Positions 63,491 through 64,000 of a stretch of 64,000 bases of DNA are shown here, in pieces. Each line of letters starts with the position of its first letter. The first letter of the stretch is position 1. The notes below the pieces were generated by a model that saw nothing but the letters and a program-made list of their open reading frames with translations, did no database searches and was not told the DNA's origin. The position numbers were made by a program, and so were the translations under genes. The stretch lies in the sequence record MZ475893.1; one strand, given 5' to 3'.

Positions 63491-64000
63491 TTACTCAGCC
63501 GGAGTATAAGCGTTCGCACCAGTAACGAATGCGATTGCCACTTTCTTCTCGGTGGTCAGTTCAACACGCAGCGTGTTAGCGTCAACAAACACGACCTCAT
63601 CAGGGATGATCTGATAGCCGGTATCATCAACGACGGTAACGGTACCGTATTTGACGCCTGCATTGTGTGCGAAGGTGTGAGTGGTATTAGCCACGTCACC
63701 GCTTGCAGTTTTGTCGTACTGGTACAGCTTAGCAGCAGAACCGCTTGAGCCAGCAGCAATCGCATCGTCAACATATTTCTTGCTGACAACAGACTCATCA
63801 ACCAGCGCTTCGGTGCCGGTCAGAGTAAGGGCTTCGACAGCGCCGCCTTCACCAGCGATGAAACCAGCGCTTTTTAAGGCGTCTTGGTCCACGATGATTT
63901 TGCTGTTGGTAGTGTCCTGTTTCAGGCCAGTACCCAGAGCAGCGCCTGCGATCTGCGCATAACCAACGCCACCGTCAGTGATTGCCAGACCATCAGCAGT
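63491..64000 (-). CDS. C-terminal part of a tail-fibre-like protein (5' end beyond window)
   Basis: Frame open to base 64000 (TADGLAITDGGVGYAQIAGAALGTGL...); ends with HNAG...PDEVVFVDANTLRV domain. Confidence 0.7.
   Translation of the reverse strand, partial: TADGLAITDGGVGYAQIAGAALGTGLKQDTTNSKIIVDQDALKSAGFIAGEGGAVEALTLTGTEALVDESVVSKKYVDDAIAAGSSGSAAKLYQYDKTASGDVANTTHTFAHNAGVKYGTVTVVDDTGYQIIPDEVVFVDANTLRVELTTEKKVAIAFVTGANAYTPAE

Noticed and set aside
1-64000. CRISPR arrays, tRNA/rRNA genes, IS transposases, integrase
   Set aside because: No regularly spaced direct repeats, cloverleaf-compatible intergenic segments or transposase/integrase motifs seen; intergenic gaps are short and explained by terminators and promoter motifs.

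Overview
64 kb from a large lytic tailed-phage (jumbo myovirus-like) genome, probably infecting a gammaproteobacterium. Nothing looks like host chromosome, and I found no tRNA, rRNA or CRISPR array. The + strand block (1-46.2 kb) carries a DnaB helicase (5' truncated), an intein-split large terminase, a probable portal, a flap endonuclease, nucleotide-pool enzymes (dCMP deaminase, ThyA, MazG-like), Dam and many small accessory genes. The - strand block (46.2-64 kb) carries a holin/spanin-like trio and about 20 paralogous virion fibre-like genes. The layout is reminiscent of 'hairy' jumbo myoviruses of the Erwinia Y3 / Dickeya JA11 type (inference, not checked). Best candidate system: a carboxy-SAM-based DNA hypermodification pathway. 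An operon encodes a CmoA-like Cx-SAM synthase, a GT-B glycosyltransferase, a DUF1611 protein and a glutaminase-less Asn-synthetase-like amide ligase (12.5-16.5 kb). A distant intein-containing C5-cytosine MTase (31.5-33.7 kb) has Arg where motif X normally has Asn, the change expected for carboxymethyl transfer. Other highlights: a 45-aa ORF missing from the ORF track that copies the redox-active C-terminal tail of NrdA, two recurrent promoter-like motifs (CTGTAAAT and TAATTT), a stand-alone tail-sheath C-terminal domain and several candidate anti-defence genes. All protein family calls come from motif recognition by eye; no database searches were run.
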